From the NCBI RefSeq assembly GCF_006345805.1, contig NC_043000.1:110670001-110734000 (forward strand): DNA of 64,000 nt, read 5' to 3'. Source of the DNA: Octopus sinensis (Eukaryota). A model generated the notes under the pieces. That model was not told where the DNA came from. It ran no database searches and was given only the letters and a program-made list of their open reading frames with translations. Positions 1 to 11,444 of this stretch are shown here, one piece after another. The position numbers and the translations under genes are program-made. Position 1 is the stretch's first letter; each line of letters opens with the position of its first letter.

Positions 1-19
1 CTGAAAATGTATCAGTGGT

Positions 20-440
20 AAGTGGATGCAAGGCAGTCTTCTGAACATATCGAACCAACGATGGGTAGCGATGCAAAAACCACAGAAAACTAAACGACAA
101 TAACTCGTCGCCTCTTATGATTCATCATAGGAATAAGTCCAGTAAACAATTGTCTTTAAATGCCCAAAGTTTACGAAATGAGGCCCACTTTTTGACGCTT
201 GCGTTAAAAGTATTGCCCTTGATTCCATTACAATCCCAGAAACAAGAGCAAATTCTTTACTAAGAGATAGTATTTTTAGAATTGCTGGTTTTGCAAACAC
301 CACTCTAATCGCCATGAGGCTCCAGCATTTACTGCGATGCCTAGCAAAGATTCGAGCCAGTGCTGCAAGATGTGTTTTCTCCCTCGTTCGTGTAAGCATA
401 TCAACATCTCTTTTTGGAGTTATTTGCCATCCCATAAAAC
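20..440 (-). pseudogene. Highly degenerate LTR-retrotransposon (Gypsy-like) RT-end/RNase H remnant
   Basis: Minus-strand translation SFMG...VFAKPAILKILSLSKEFALVS...AILLTQ...TYSYDE loosely follows the RT-RNase H junction pattern (SFLG...PIL...F.L.TDAS...GA.L.Q...YS..E). The catalytic residues are eroded. Confidence 0.35.
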
Positions 441-499
441 TACAACAAACTGACATTTCGAGACCACATTAAAAAAACAAAAACAAAAATCAGACACCT

Positions 500-830
500 G
501 TCTTTTCATCACTGGTGATTTCAATTAAACCGAGATTAATTAGGGAGCCTTTCATTAGCCGCAAAGTGCAAATGTTTTCTTGATTTAGAGCTAAATTTAA
601 ACTGGTCCCAAGTAGCCAGTCCCCAAACAAAGGTAACAACACTTTGGATCTGTTATTCGCCACTGAGCCTAATACTTTTATCAGCGTCACTATCCGATAA
701 TCTTTAAGAGACTCCGATCAGGTTCTGATCATTGCTAATCTGTCCCTTTAGGGCAGAAGGAAAATCCACTCCTACCGTCTCCCTCACCCAACTGCCTGCT
801 TTGACTGGAACAAAGCGGATTGGAACTCCT
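500..830 (+). pseudogene. LINE apurinic-type endonuclease (APE) remnant
   Basis: Reads ITGDFN*TEIN, GNNTLDLLFATEP, DSDQVLI and FDWNKADWN, matching the GDFN, LDL, SDH and (Y/W)..ADW motifs in order, with stops. Confidence 0.6.
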
Positions 831-1340
831 AATTTACTGAGTTACAGTACCCAAAATGGTTTGAATTTTGTTTCCGGAAATGTTAATTCCTCCTTCAGCT
901 AATCCGTAATTCAACCATGGCTGCATGTGAAACATCAGGGCCATATGAAACATATTAGAAACCCACCAAAGGCGCAATATGGAAGATTGCAGCTGTCCAC
1001 CTTTACAGGAAAGAATGATTGGGTTTATGATTAAGTGCATTTCATTCCTAACCATCTCCACTTATATTCAGATGTAGTATATTTAGGACTACGTTGTACA
1101 ATTTAGTCTCATTATAAAGAACAATTTGTAATTCAATGTAAATTTGGCTGTTATTTCTAGCTGATAAGACGATTAATGTAGCGGTCTTCGTTGTAGCTAA
1201 AGCGTTCCCCCTGTGACCATTCCATCAGTTTTTCAATCATTTTGTTTCCAGGTCAAAAACGTCCAATGTATCTTTCTCTTTTGTAAGACAACAGCGTGTG
1301 ATATGAGGTCAATCTTGCTGCTATTTCTCGTTGACCTATA

Positions 1341-1530
1341 AGTGGCGAGCTGGCAGAAACGTTAGCACGCCGGGTGAAATGCTTTGCGGTATTTCGTCTG
1401 TCTTTACGTCTGAGTTCAAATTCCGGCGAGGTCGACTTTGCCTTTCATCCTTTCGGGGTCGATTAAATAAGTCGATCTAATCGACTGGTCACCCCACCCA
1501 AATTTCGGACCTTGTGCCTAGAGTACAAAT
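1341..1530 (+). mobile_element. SINE family A (tRNA-like head, central gcctttcatcctttcggggtcgataaa domain), about 19 copies in the window
   Basis: Head ggcgagctggcagaaacgttagc, B-box-like gagttcaaattcc. Other copies at about 2530, 3336, 6481, 8263, 10380, 36085, 37313, 39425, 41495, 42590, 46063, 46587, 47260, 52633, 57120, 57580, 61350 and 63356. Confidence 0.85.
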
Positions 1531-1668
1531 ATATATATATATATATTAACAATTAAGGAACGGCCATAATAGGCCATTCACCCACTAGAAATAACAGCAA
1601 AGCTTCTACCTCCGCAAATAAGATTAATTCCGTAAACAGGAGAAAATTAAAAAAAACTTTACCCTGTA

Positions 1669-1769
1669 ATTTCTTGTCGGTATACCGTTTCATCCGCTGT
1701 TAATGGTATACTAACCTGATTAAATTAATCAAGCATCTTCCATAGCCCTCGGATTCTTCAGCAAGAAAT
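1669..1769 (-). ncRNA. Type I hammerhead ribozyme motif, probably defective (U16.1 missing)
   Basis: Minus strand: atttcttg CTGAAGA atccg [long loop] cggat GAAA cgg tata ccg a caagaaat. 8-bp stem I, 5-bp stem II. Confidence 0.7.
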
Positions 1770-2000
1770 AGCTCAAGACGGAACGATATATACACGAGGC
1801 ATACCCAATCTTGCCAAGTCAATATCTGACCTAAAATTTTCAAATCGTCGCACTCGCGCCAAATTTAATCGGCAGCAAATAATATCAGCCGTCGATTCCA
1901 TTACGGAATTAACCAAAAAATTCATATTAATCAATATAGGTGGCAAGGAAAATTTTGTAGAATTTTATTGCCATATTTTATTGCTATATTGATTAATTAT

Positions 2001-2057
<57 letters not shown>

Positions 2058-2074
2058 ATATATATATTTATCTT

Positions 2075-2127
<53 letters not shown>

Positions 2128-2712
2128 GTTAATCCAAACAAGAAAGCACAAAAAAAAAACACAACAACGCGAGGACGTGGAACAAATATAGTATTATTGG
2201 ACGCTCTTATTTCTCGTTGATCTGACAACTTATGGTGTAATTATTTCAGGTTGTATAGCGGGAAAATGGGTAGAACGACAGACAGGGTGCTCTGCAGACT
2301 ATCATTTAGAAAAACGGAACTTGGAATTCATGACGTCTTTGACTATTTTTCAACATAATCGAAGTGAAATGTTTCAAATACCGTATGGTCTCACTAACCC
2401 ACTAAACATGAAAAGAGATCAAAGGGAAATAACTTAAGTAAACTTATAAGCATGTCTAATAGTTACACAGAAGTTGTTTCCCTTTAACTTAAAGTTTTTT
2501 TTTTAAAAACTAATCGTGGCGATTTGCTATTTGACAGGAGAAAATGCTTATTGACATTTCTTCCCACTCTTTATGTCCCGAGTTCAAATCCCGCTGTGTT
2601 TGTGTTTCATCATTCCGGGGATATAGATAATCACCCTACATTAAAACTACTAGCCTTGTGCCAAAATTTGAAAGCATTTTCTTACTGGTTTCACAGACAA
2701 GACATGCAGCTA

Positions 2713-3198
2713 CAGTAAATCCTCGAGTATAGTCCGCCCTTGAGTATAATACGCAGGGGATTTTTAGGAGGCTGTACCTTTGAAAAACCTAAACCTTGTG
2801 TATAATACGCACCCCTTCTCAAACGTCCTTGGTTTGTAAAAATGTATACGGTGACGTCCTTTATTATTATTGTATATATAACAATGCAAACGTGTAGCTT
2901 TTTTCTACATTTTGTTTGCAGAAAATAAAGAAATAACAGTAAGAACGTTTAATAAATGTTACTTACTGCAAGTTATGGATGATTCTTTTATGACTTCATT
3001 GCTTTCAGGCTTAGCTTAAGGTATTTTCGCGCCCGACATCAGAAAATGTGTCTGAATAAACATTGCCGGACAGCAAATAGAGACTCAGACGTTGTTTAGA
3101 AAATAATTTTCATTTTTAACCTCGTATATAGTACGCACTAGGGATTTTGACCTTTAAATTTTGTGGGAAAAATGCAGATTATACTCGAGGATTTATGG
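2713..3198. mobile_element. MITE, Tc1/mariner/pogo-type (TA TSD)
   Basis: TA|cagtaaatcctcgagtatagtccgc ... gcagattatactcgaggatttatgg|TA terminal inverted repeats; no ORF. Confidence 0.8.
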
Positions 3199-3335
3199 TA
3201 TGTCGAAGCATCATCGTATAAGTCGCCGAGAAACATATTTTATCGATCTCTACGCTTCGTCTAGAATTCGTTTTATCGAGTTCTTCTAATCATTGGGGAT
3301 TATAGAGACAGAGTTACTTCCCTTACACACATAAC

Positions 3336-3555
3336 TATTGGTTTCGAATTTTGGCACAAGGCCGGCAAACTCGGTGACGCGGGTAAGTCGATTGCATCAA
3401 CCACAGTGTTCAGCTGGTACTTATTTTATCAACCCCCGAGAGGATGAAAGACGAAGTCGATCTCGATGGAATTTGAACCTAGAGCGTAAAGACGAACGAA
3501 ATGGCCCTAAGCATTTCGCCCAGCGTGCTAACACTTCTGCCAGGTCGACGCCTTA
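3336..3555 (-). mobile_element. SINE family A copy
   Basis: Reverse complement of the family A head and core. Confidence 0.75.
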
Positions 3556-3585
3556 AGCGTCTTCAAATTATAGACGAACAAATGT

Positions 3586-3954
3586 CTATACACACACATA
3601 CACACACACGCACGCGCACACATAGAGATCCACACACATTGCGTGCGCGCGCACACACACACACACACACACACGCACGCACGCACGCACACACACACGC
3701 ACACACACACACACAGCGCGCATACACACACACACACGCACACACACACACAGAGACACACGCACACACACACACACGCACACGCACACACACGCACACA
3801 CACACGCACGCACGCACACACACACGCGCACACACACACACACACGCACGTACGCACACACAAACGCAAGCACGCACGCACACACACACTCTCTGACACA
3901 CACACACGCACGCACGCACGCACACACACTCACACACACACGCACACACGCACG

Positions 3955-3990
<36 letters not shown>
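3586..3990. repeat. Compound (CA)n/(CACG)n microsatellite
   Basis: Direct reading; explains the HT/CV-repeat ORFs. Confidence 0.95.
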
Positions 3991-3992
<2 letters not shown>

Positions 3993-4009
3993 CTAGGCAA
4001 TGATAAATT

Positions 4010-4625
4010 AATTTATCATTGCCTAGATGTTTTTGTGTGTATGTATAGAGTTATATATATAGGTGTGTGAGTTAGTGTATGTATTTAGATATGGTTATTT
4101 ATACTTAGATATATGTGTATGAGCATGTGTGTATATATAGTTTATTTTTATTTTTGTTTTTTGTTTTTTGTTTTTTGTTTTTTGTTTTTTGTACATCTTT
4201 AAATATGAGAACTTTAATAATAGGTTTCTTTATATTCAATTGTTTATAGGGTTTATTTTAGATTATATGTTGATTATATATAGATTATATATAGATTGTA
4301 TATAGATTATATATATTTATATTATTTCATTGATAAATTTATATTATTTTAAACTTATATTTTAACATATTGATATTTTAGATCGGAAATCCACCTGACG
4401 AATGTCATTTGAAGACATGAAACAATTGTAGTGGCGATTTATTTACTTTATATTAAAATTTTTTATGTATTGATTAAGTCTTTCCTTGTTTGATTTGCAA
4501 AATAGTGGTTTTGTCTCGAATTAATATTATATAATATTTTACTATAAAATTGGATTTATTCCTAAATCTGATTTTTTCCCTGTAATTTTGGATTTATTCC
4601 CTAATATTTATTATTATTATTATAT
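4010..4625 (+). mobile_element. Hammerhead-bearing Penelope-type pseudo-LTR / retrozyme-like fragment (family also at 16660-16920 + and 33320-33470 -)
   Basis: Shared tail aatagtggttttgtctc...tttccctgtaa.tttggatttattccctaatattta ending in (TA)n/(TAT)n; hammerhead upstream of the tail in two copies. Confidence 0.7.
4391..4434 (+). ncRNA. Minimal type I hammerhead ribozyme, intact core
   Basis: ccac CTGACGA atgtc atttgaa gacat GAAAC aatt GTA gtgg: all core nucleotides, three stems, palindromic stem III/loop (ACAATTGT). Confidence 0.9.
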
Positions 4626-4629
4626 ATAT

Positions 4630-4670
<41 letters not shown>

Positions 4671-5001
4671 CAGCCGAAATTGCTAAGATGATCCGGTTCC
4701 GACTGAAGATTAGAGGCTTCGAGTGACCCGTCTGTTTTTTTTTGTGTCGTCTCCTTGTGTGTTTTTGCGTTCTTGTCCCACTTTGTAATTTATATTTTAT
4801 ATTTAATTCTATAGATATATATAATATATATATATATATATTATATATATAATATATTATATATATATTATATATATATTATATATATTAATATATATAT
4901 ATATTTATAATAGGATTAGCTCGTATACGAGTAGGTATATATTTGTAAAAAATGAAGCTCGAAAATGCTGCTATATTATACAATTTTTATATATACATTA
5001 T

Positions 5002-5035
5002 AACATGTTTCGGTTCTTGAAATGAACCTTATCAA
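5002..5035 (-). ncRNA. Hammerhead ribozyme core, U3-A8 variant, stem I degenerate
   Basis: Minus strand: TTGATAA ggttc atttcaa gaacc GAAAC at GTT. Perfect 5-bp stem II. Confidence 0.65.
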
Positions 5036-5351
5036 AAAAAGTTATATATAAAAAAAGATAGTTCATGCTATCAAATATAAAAAATTCATTTATAATACAC
5101 AATAGAGTCAGACATCAAAAAGTTCATATATAGTGTGAAGTGAGTTCGTTCATGCTATATGTTTAAAGTGTCTGACGTAGTGGTTCATAGTGGTGATATG
5201 CATTCAATATAAAAAATAGATCAAAGTGGTGATATGCAGTCAATATAAAAAAATGATGTTCCTGAAAGAGCGAGGAATTCATTTTAGATTTTACCTTTGA
5301 GCAACTGTGATGACTTATGGTCGGTGTTCGCTGGATGATTATATATATATG

Positions 5352-5417
<66 letters not shown>

Positions 5418-5439
5418 TCTCTCTCTTTCTCTCTCTTTT

Positions 5440-5853
5440 GCTCTCTTTTACTTGTTTCAGTCAGTTTGACTGCGGCCATGCTGGAGCACCGCCTTTAGTC
5501 GAGCAAATCGACCCCGGGATTTATTCTTTGTTCTATCGGTCTCTTTTGCCGAACCGCTAAGTGACGGGGACGTAAACACACCAGCATCGGTTGTCAAGCA
5601 ATGCTAGGGTGACAAACACAGACACATAAACACACACATACATATATATATATATACATACATACATATATACATATACATACATATATACGACAGGCTT
5701 CTTTCAGTGTCCGTCTACCAAATCCACTCACAAGGCATTGGTCGGCCCGGGACTATAGCAGAAGACACTTGCCCAAGATGCCACGCAGTTGGACTGAACC
5801 CGGAGCCATGTGGTTGGTTAGCAAGCTACTTACCACACAGCCACTCCTGCGCC
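5440..5853 (-). mobile_element. SINE family B (tRNA head, CORE-like ccttgggcaagt segment, internal TA/TG microsatellite), about 13 copies
   Basis: Head ggcgcaggagtggctgtgtggtaag, B box gggttcagtccc, tail cagcatggccgcagtcaa..gactgaaacaagtaaaagag. Other copies at about 7408, 8735, 12835, 13180, 14881, 17075, 38340, 40580, 42920, 51837, 60350 and 62220. Resembles described octopus CORE-type SINEs. Confidence 0.85.
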
Positions 5854-5868
5854 TGAACAATGTGCTAT

Positions 5869-5976
5869 GCTTACTGCACCTAGGTTTCCCAAGCGGCCAC
5901 CCATCTAAGTACTGACTAGGCTCGACGTTGCTTAACTTCGGTGATCAGACGAGAACCGGTGCTTTCAACGTGATAT
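5869..5976 (-). pseudogene. 5S rRNA pseudogene lacking about 10 nt at the 5' end
   Basis: Minus strand atatcacgttgaaagcaccggttctcgtctgatcaccgaagttaagcaacgtcgagcctagtcagtacttagatgggtggccgcttgggaaacctaggtgcagtaagc matches metazoan 5S. The 5' end runs into (TA)n and there is no oligo-T terminator. Confidence 0.9.
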
Positions 5977-6480
5977 ATATATTTATTTATATATATATGA
6001 AGTAAAATCTAATTGCCAACATAATATGGATGTCCAGGAAGGGGCGTTGTTACTGTTCATTGGCCCCAAGAAACATCGTTTCTAGCTGGCTATACGACAC
6101 ACTATCTGTGTCCTTATATTTTCGAAGGGGGAATATTCACCCCCCCCCCACACACACATAGCGCAAACCAACATCTGTGGACTAGGTTCAGGGTTATTGC
6201 TCTTCATCAACGCAGAATAGCTGCTTGGCCAGGTGACGTTGCTGTATCCACGTTTCGAATATATAGATTTCAAAGTGACACACACCCACTGACCTATAAA
6301 TAGAAATACTATTATTTCTAAATCTCTCGGAGATGTTTCTAATGAACAGCAACAAAGTCCCTTCCAGAACAGCCATATTGTGTTAGCAATTAACTTTTCC
6401 TTTAAAGAATTCTTTCTGAATGTCTCTCTCTCTCTGAGAGATTTAGAGATAATAGTATATATATATACATATATGTATAT

Positions 6481-6712
6481 CTATTTCTTTACTACCCACA
6501 AGAGGCTAAACACAGAGAGGACAAACAAGGACAGACAAACGGATTAACTCGATATATATCGACCCCAGTACGTAACTGGTACTTACTTTATCGACCCCGA
6601 AAGGGTGAAAGGCAAAGTCGACCTCCGCGGAATTTGAACTCAGAACGTAACAGCAGACGAAATACGGCTAAGCATTTCGCCCGGCGTGCTAACGTTTCAA
6701 CCAGCTCGCTGC
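6481..6712 (-). mobile_element. SINE family A copy (full length)
   Basis: Full head-to-tail match to other family A copies. Confidence 0.85.
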
Positions 6713-7407
6713 CATACACACATATGTGTGTGTGTGTGTGGTGTGTGTGTGTGTATAATACCCATGAGTCCATCATCATATGTCAGATATTAATAATATC
6801 TGCCCCCCCCCATCTCACATCGCTCGCAATCAATATTTCTGTTTGATATTTCCGGTTCTTTCAGACTTGTACCGAATTGCCTTTTGCTTCCCCAACAATC
6901 TTTGCTCCACATCTCTGCCTTAATGCTATCTCCCATTTCTCCCTTACTACACACTCTCTCTCCTCGACAGCCCCTTATCTTTCTTATATTAATTATCACT
7001 GTGTTATCTACAAAACCTTACCTCTAAATACAAGAGCTAAAACTAAAACAAGTCACCACCTGCGCTCACTCAAGTCACACACATATGACTAATAAACATC
7101 TGCCACGTGACAACACTCCCCTCACCTCACCCCATCACCACCACCTCGACCCAGCAGGGATAACTTGTTATGGAAATATATTTCAACAAACTCCGATGTC
7201 AAACTTTTTTAAAGCGACGTAGAAAACTGTGCTGCACCCCGCACATTATACAGCTGCAAAGCAACGCAGAAAATGTCTGTTTTTATATGAAAAACAAGTT
7301 TCTGATGGCAGCCTTCAGCCTAAATATTATGAAATACATAAAACAGTACTGTTTCTAAAAAAAAATGCACCTTAGCCAATAGTTATTAAACTAACATTAA
7401 ATTAATA

Positions 7408-7572
7408 GGCGCAGGAGTGGCTGTGTGGTAAGTAGCTTCCTAACCAACCACATGGTTGCGGGTTCAGTCCCACTGCGTGGCATCTTGGGCAAGTGTCTTC
7501 TGCTATAGCCCCGGGCCAACCAATGCCTTGTGAGTGGATTTGGTAGACGGAAACTGAAAGAAGCCTGTCGTA

Positions 7573-7617
<45 letters not shown>

Positions 7618-7827
7618 TTGTGTGTTTGTGTTTGTCACCCTAGCATTGCTTGACAACCGATGCTGGTGTGTTTACGACCCCGTCACTTAGCGGTTCGGCA
7701 AAAGAGACCGATAGAATAAGTACTGGGCTTACAAAGAATAAATCCCGGGGTCGATTTGCTCAACTAAAGGTGGTGCTCCAGCATGGCCGCAGTCAAATGA
7801 CTGAGACAAGTAAAAGAGTAAAAGAGA
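7408..7827 (+). mobile_element. SINE family B copy (full length)
   Basis: Head, CORE-like segment, microsatellite and tail all present. Confidence 0.85.
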
Positions 7828-10141
7828 GGGTAACAAATACTAGATCCACATCAAATGATAATTTTCTTTTATTTCTCTCTTCACCTTTTACAAATAAGAA
7901 AGGAAAAAAAAAAAAAAGAAAGAATTTTAAAGATAGCTTGCGTCCATAATATTCCTCTTTCTTCGCTATGGCGTTGAACAAGTTTAAAAACTTTGACCCT
8001 TTACCTCTCTTATGTATCACATGTGATACACAGCACATATTTCTTTGGCGTTTTTGCATCATTATATGAAACATGTTCCCAATATTTTTTCAAGCACCAG
8101 AGTAATTTGGGACTTATGAAAGGAAAGCTTTATGTTACTCACAACGTATGAAAGAAGGGTTAACTAAAAGTCTGGAAACTAGCAGAGACGTTTAGGACAA
8201 ACTTATGAAGCTGCTTTGAACCGGCAAAGAATTAAAACCATGTTAGTTTTATTACGCACAGGTATTTCTTTTCTACTCTAGGCACAAGGCCCGAAATTTT
8301 GGGGCAGGGAACCAGTCAATTAGATCGACCCTAGTACGCAACTAGTACTTAATTTATCGACCCCGAAAGGATGAAAGGCATAGTCAACCTCGGCGGAATT
8401 TGAACTCAGAACGTAAAGACATCTGCTCCCTATTCACTTCTCACAACCGTCACGACCTCGTGTGTTTGCCTGCTCCCCTATAAGTAACACTGATCTCAGC
8501 CACACCATCAACGAATGTTATAGATGAGGGTGTTACATGTTCACTCTTTTTGCTAGAAATGTGCGCCCTTTTTTCTCGTCCTTGATAAAGAGCCTATGAC
8601 CCGAAATTTGAGACTTTCCTCGCGTTAACAACATTTGCACAAGGATGATGTGCGACTCAAACTTCTTTCAGCTCTTCATTTCACCGTCCACGAAAATACA
8701 ACAGCGTTGCAATAACGTTTACCCAGAATCAAGTTCAGACTTGACTGTGTGCTTAAGAAACTCGCCTTGCAATCACGTGGTTTCAAGTTCAGTCTCAATG
8801 CGTGGTATTTTGGGCAGGTGTCTTCTATTATATGTGGGTAAATATGGTAGACGGAAACTGTGTGGAATCTCATCGTATATATGTGTGTGTGTGTGTGTTT
8901 GTGTTTATGAGTATGTATGTATACATATGTATATCTGTGCGTTTGTCTCCCGCATCCCACAGCTTGACAACCGGTATTGGTTTATTTACGTGCCGTAACT
9001 TAATGATTCGGCAAAAGAGGCTGATAGAATAAGTAGCAGACTTAGAAAATAAGTACTGGGGGGGGGTCTATTTGTTCGTCTAAGCCCTTCAAAGCGGTGC
9101 CCCAACATGGCCGCAGTCCAGATCAACGATGAAAGAAACAAACAAAATAAGCAGCCATTTTATTAATGTTAGCGTTTCTTTTAACTCACTAAATTCCGCC
9201 CAAAACTCAGCCAAATTCATGTAATTGTCCTTATGGATTTAGAAGCAAAAACACAGCTAAGTATTTATAAAAGGTTAACCAAAGAAATATAAAACTGCTC
9301 TGCACTGGGAAGAATTTCAAAATCTCAAGGACGTCTGAGATAGTTGAACTTTATTGGAACCAGCATAAAGTAATATTGATTCCATTTGATAGATTTTAGT
9401 AGACCTCCACCTCGTAGTGTATCATAGAGGAGATCCTATCATGTGGTAATCTACACAGGCATCAAAGGGCAAAAAAACCATGTCACAGTTCTTACCTTCG
9501 TAGAGATTCCATCGAAGCGTTTCGTAGGAATGATGAAAGAGCAATTTAAAAAGTTAAGCACAGTACTCTAACGCGTTCTTGCAGACTAAATCAAAATCGC
9601 TTTCTTCTGCTTTGTTTGACATATCCCTAAGCATTATTCCGTTCTTATTTCTATTGGAGAAGCCATCGATGTAGAGTATGACAAGTAAAGAATAAGTGGA
9701 GAGAAGAGAGTGAGTGTTTTAGAACGACCAACATAAGGAGGTTGAGAAAGTGGAGGAAGAATTGTTCGATGACAGCCAGACACCATTGCAGAGTGTAGAG
9801 AGGTAATGCTTCGGGACACTCACGACCAGAGAGTCTTCCATTGATATAATTATTAATTACTTAAGTAGAATATCAAAGACGGGGGCTGAAGGTGAGGGAT
9901 GTCTATGTTTATCGTGTGGACAATGAAAGGATGGGAGTGCTCTTCGAACGGAAACCGAACCCGGACGCACCGCTGTCTTGTCATACATACATGCATGCAT
10001 ACATACATGCATGCATACATACATGCATGCATACATACATATATACATACATACTTACATACATACATGCATACATACATATATACATACATAATACATA
10101 CATACATGCATGCATACATACATACATACATACTACATACA

Positions 10142-10173
<32 letters not shown>

Positions 10174-11253
10174 CAAATACAAACAGACACAGACACACAC
10201 GCACGCACGCACACACGCGCGCACACACAAACACACATATCTTGATAATTGGTGAATTGGTTATCAGTTTCTGCCTCACCAGTGTTTAAAATTTACCTGG
10301 TGATGGTAAGTTTTTGTTATGATGCAATCTAAGAATACATCAATAAAATGCAGCTCGATTTGGACTCAGAACCCCTTGTGGGTAGTAAAGAAATAGGTAT
10401 TTTGTCTATCTTTACGTTCAAATTCTGCCGAGGCCGACTTTCAGGGTCGATAAATTAAGCACCAGTTGCGTACTGGGGTCGATCTAATCGACTGTCTCCC
10501 TCCCCAGAAATTTCAGGTCTTGTTCCTTGAGTAGAAAAGAGTATTTCATTTGTATTTGGCTTTCAATAGCGCTTGCGTACTTTCTATGCAAACAAATCGA
10601 AGGAATTGTCACAACGATTGGTAGTTAGATCAGCTCTGATTGATCAGATTTCAGATCAAAAGCGTTCCGGCTATGACAAACCCATCAGTTTTGTTTATCT
10701 AGGATTATACGAGATGTTATCAGAAAATCTCCCGACAGCACCTACTGTGATAGTACTGTTCAACAGGAATGCCTGCACACCCAATGGTTGCTGGTTGCCA
10801 GCCTAGTAAGTCAGTCAACAATACGGCTCTATGCTCTCCACCCGAGTTCAATAATCACGTAAGGTGTTGGGCGTTGTGTTAGAAATGGCATACTTTTGCT
10901 AAATCACTTATTGACGACTTCGTTTGTGTATTTGGCTTGCAAAACTCTTGATCTGAACTCTTGTATCAAAAGAGACTTCGTTGTATCCTAGGAGGGTTAT
11001 CATGCCAAAAAATAAAATAAAATAACCATACACTTGTTCAATATAAATTCTATATAGTTAATTATTTGATCATTCGGTTAAATAAATCAATCAATTGTAT
11101 TCATTATTATTCGTGACCTTTTTAATGATATGCCCTCTCTGCTCCAGGTCAGCTTCGTGCAAATGGAAACTTTGATTTAACAGAACCATTTACCAAACAA
11201 TCTAATCGCTTAATATTTACATTGGATAGATATTTGTCCTCGCCTTGTTTGTT

Positions 11254-11299
11254 ATCACAACGTTTCGGCTGATGTACTCTCCAGCCTTCATCAGCTGTT
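11254..11299 (-). ncRNA. Minimal type I hammerhead motif (loopless stem III, weakened stem I)
   Basis: Minus strand: aacag CTGATGA a ggctg gagagtacat cagcc GAAAC GTT gtgat. Confidence 0.75.
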
Positions 11300-11372
11300 C
11301 TGGTGGAATTTCGAACCCAACCCTTCATTTGACCAATAAAGGTATTTTTTCCAGATGTTATTATTTATTCAA

Positions 11373-11444
11373 GTCACTGACTAGGATTGAACCTAGAATC
11401 CTGGGGTTAGTAGCCCGTGCTCTTAACCACTATGCTATATGTCC
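11373..11444 (-). pseudogene. tRNA-like Pol III head (A and B boxes)
   Basis: Minus strand: TAGCATAGTGG (A box), ggg-ctactaa-ccc anticodon-like arm, ctagGTTCAATCctag T-arm/B box. The acceptor stem is poor, so this is not a functional tRNA. Confidence 0.75.

Noticed and set aside
3501-4000. Long ORFs of HT/CV, YI, poly-I/N/Y and similar repeats here and throughout the window
   Set aside because: Translations of microsatellites that lack stop codons; no coding evidence.
8575-8615. Hammerhead-like TTGATAA agagc...GAAA
   Set aside because: Stem II and the cleavage triplet are too degenerate.
9330-9850. Possible very old LINE RT remnant on the minus strand (LEYC-like)
   Set aside because: Only one short motif is recognisable; insufficient without an alignment.
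10268-10311. Possible 38-nt micro-exon ending in gtaagt
   Set aside because: Weak acceptor and no partner exons; expected by chance.
11373-11444. Functional tRNA gene
   Set aside because: The acceptor stem does not pair and there is no terminator; treated as a repeat-borne Pol III head.
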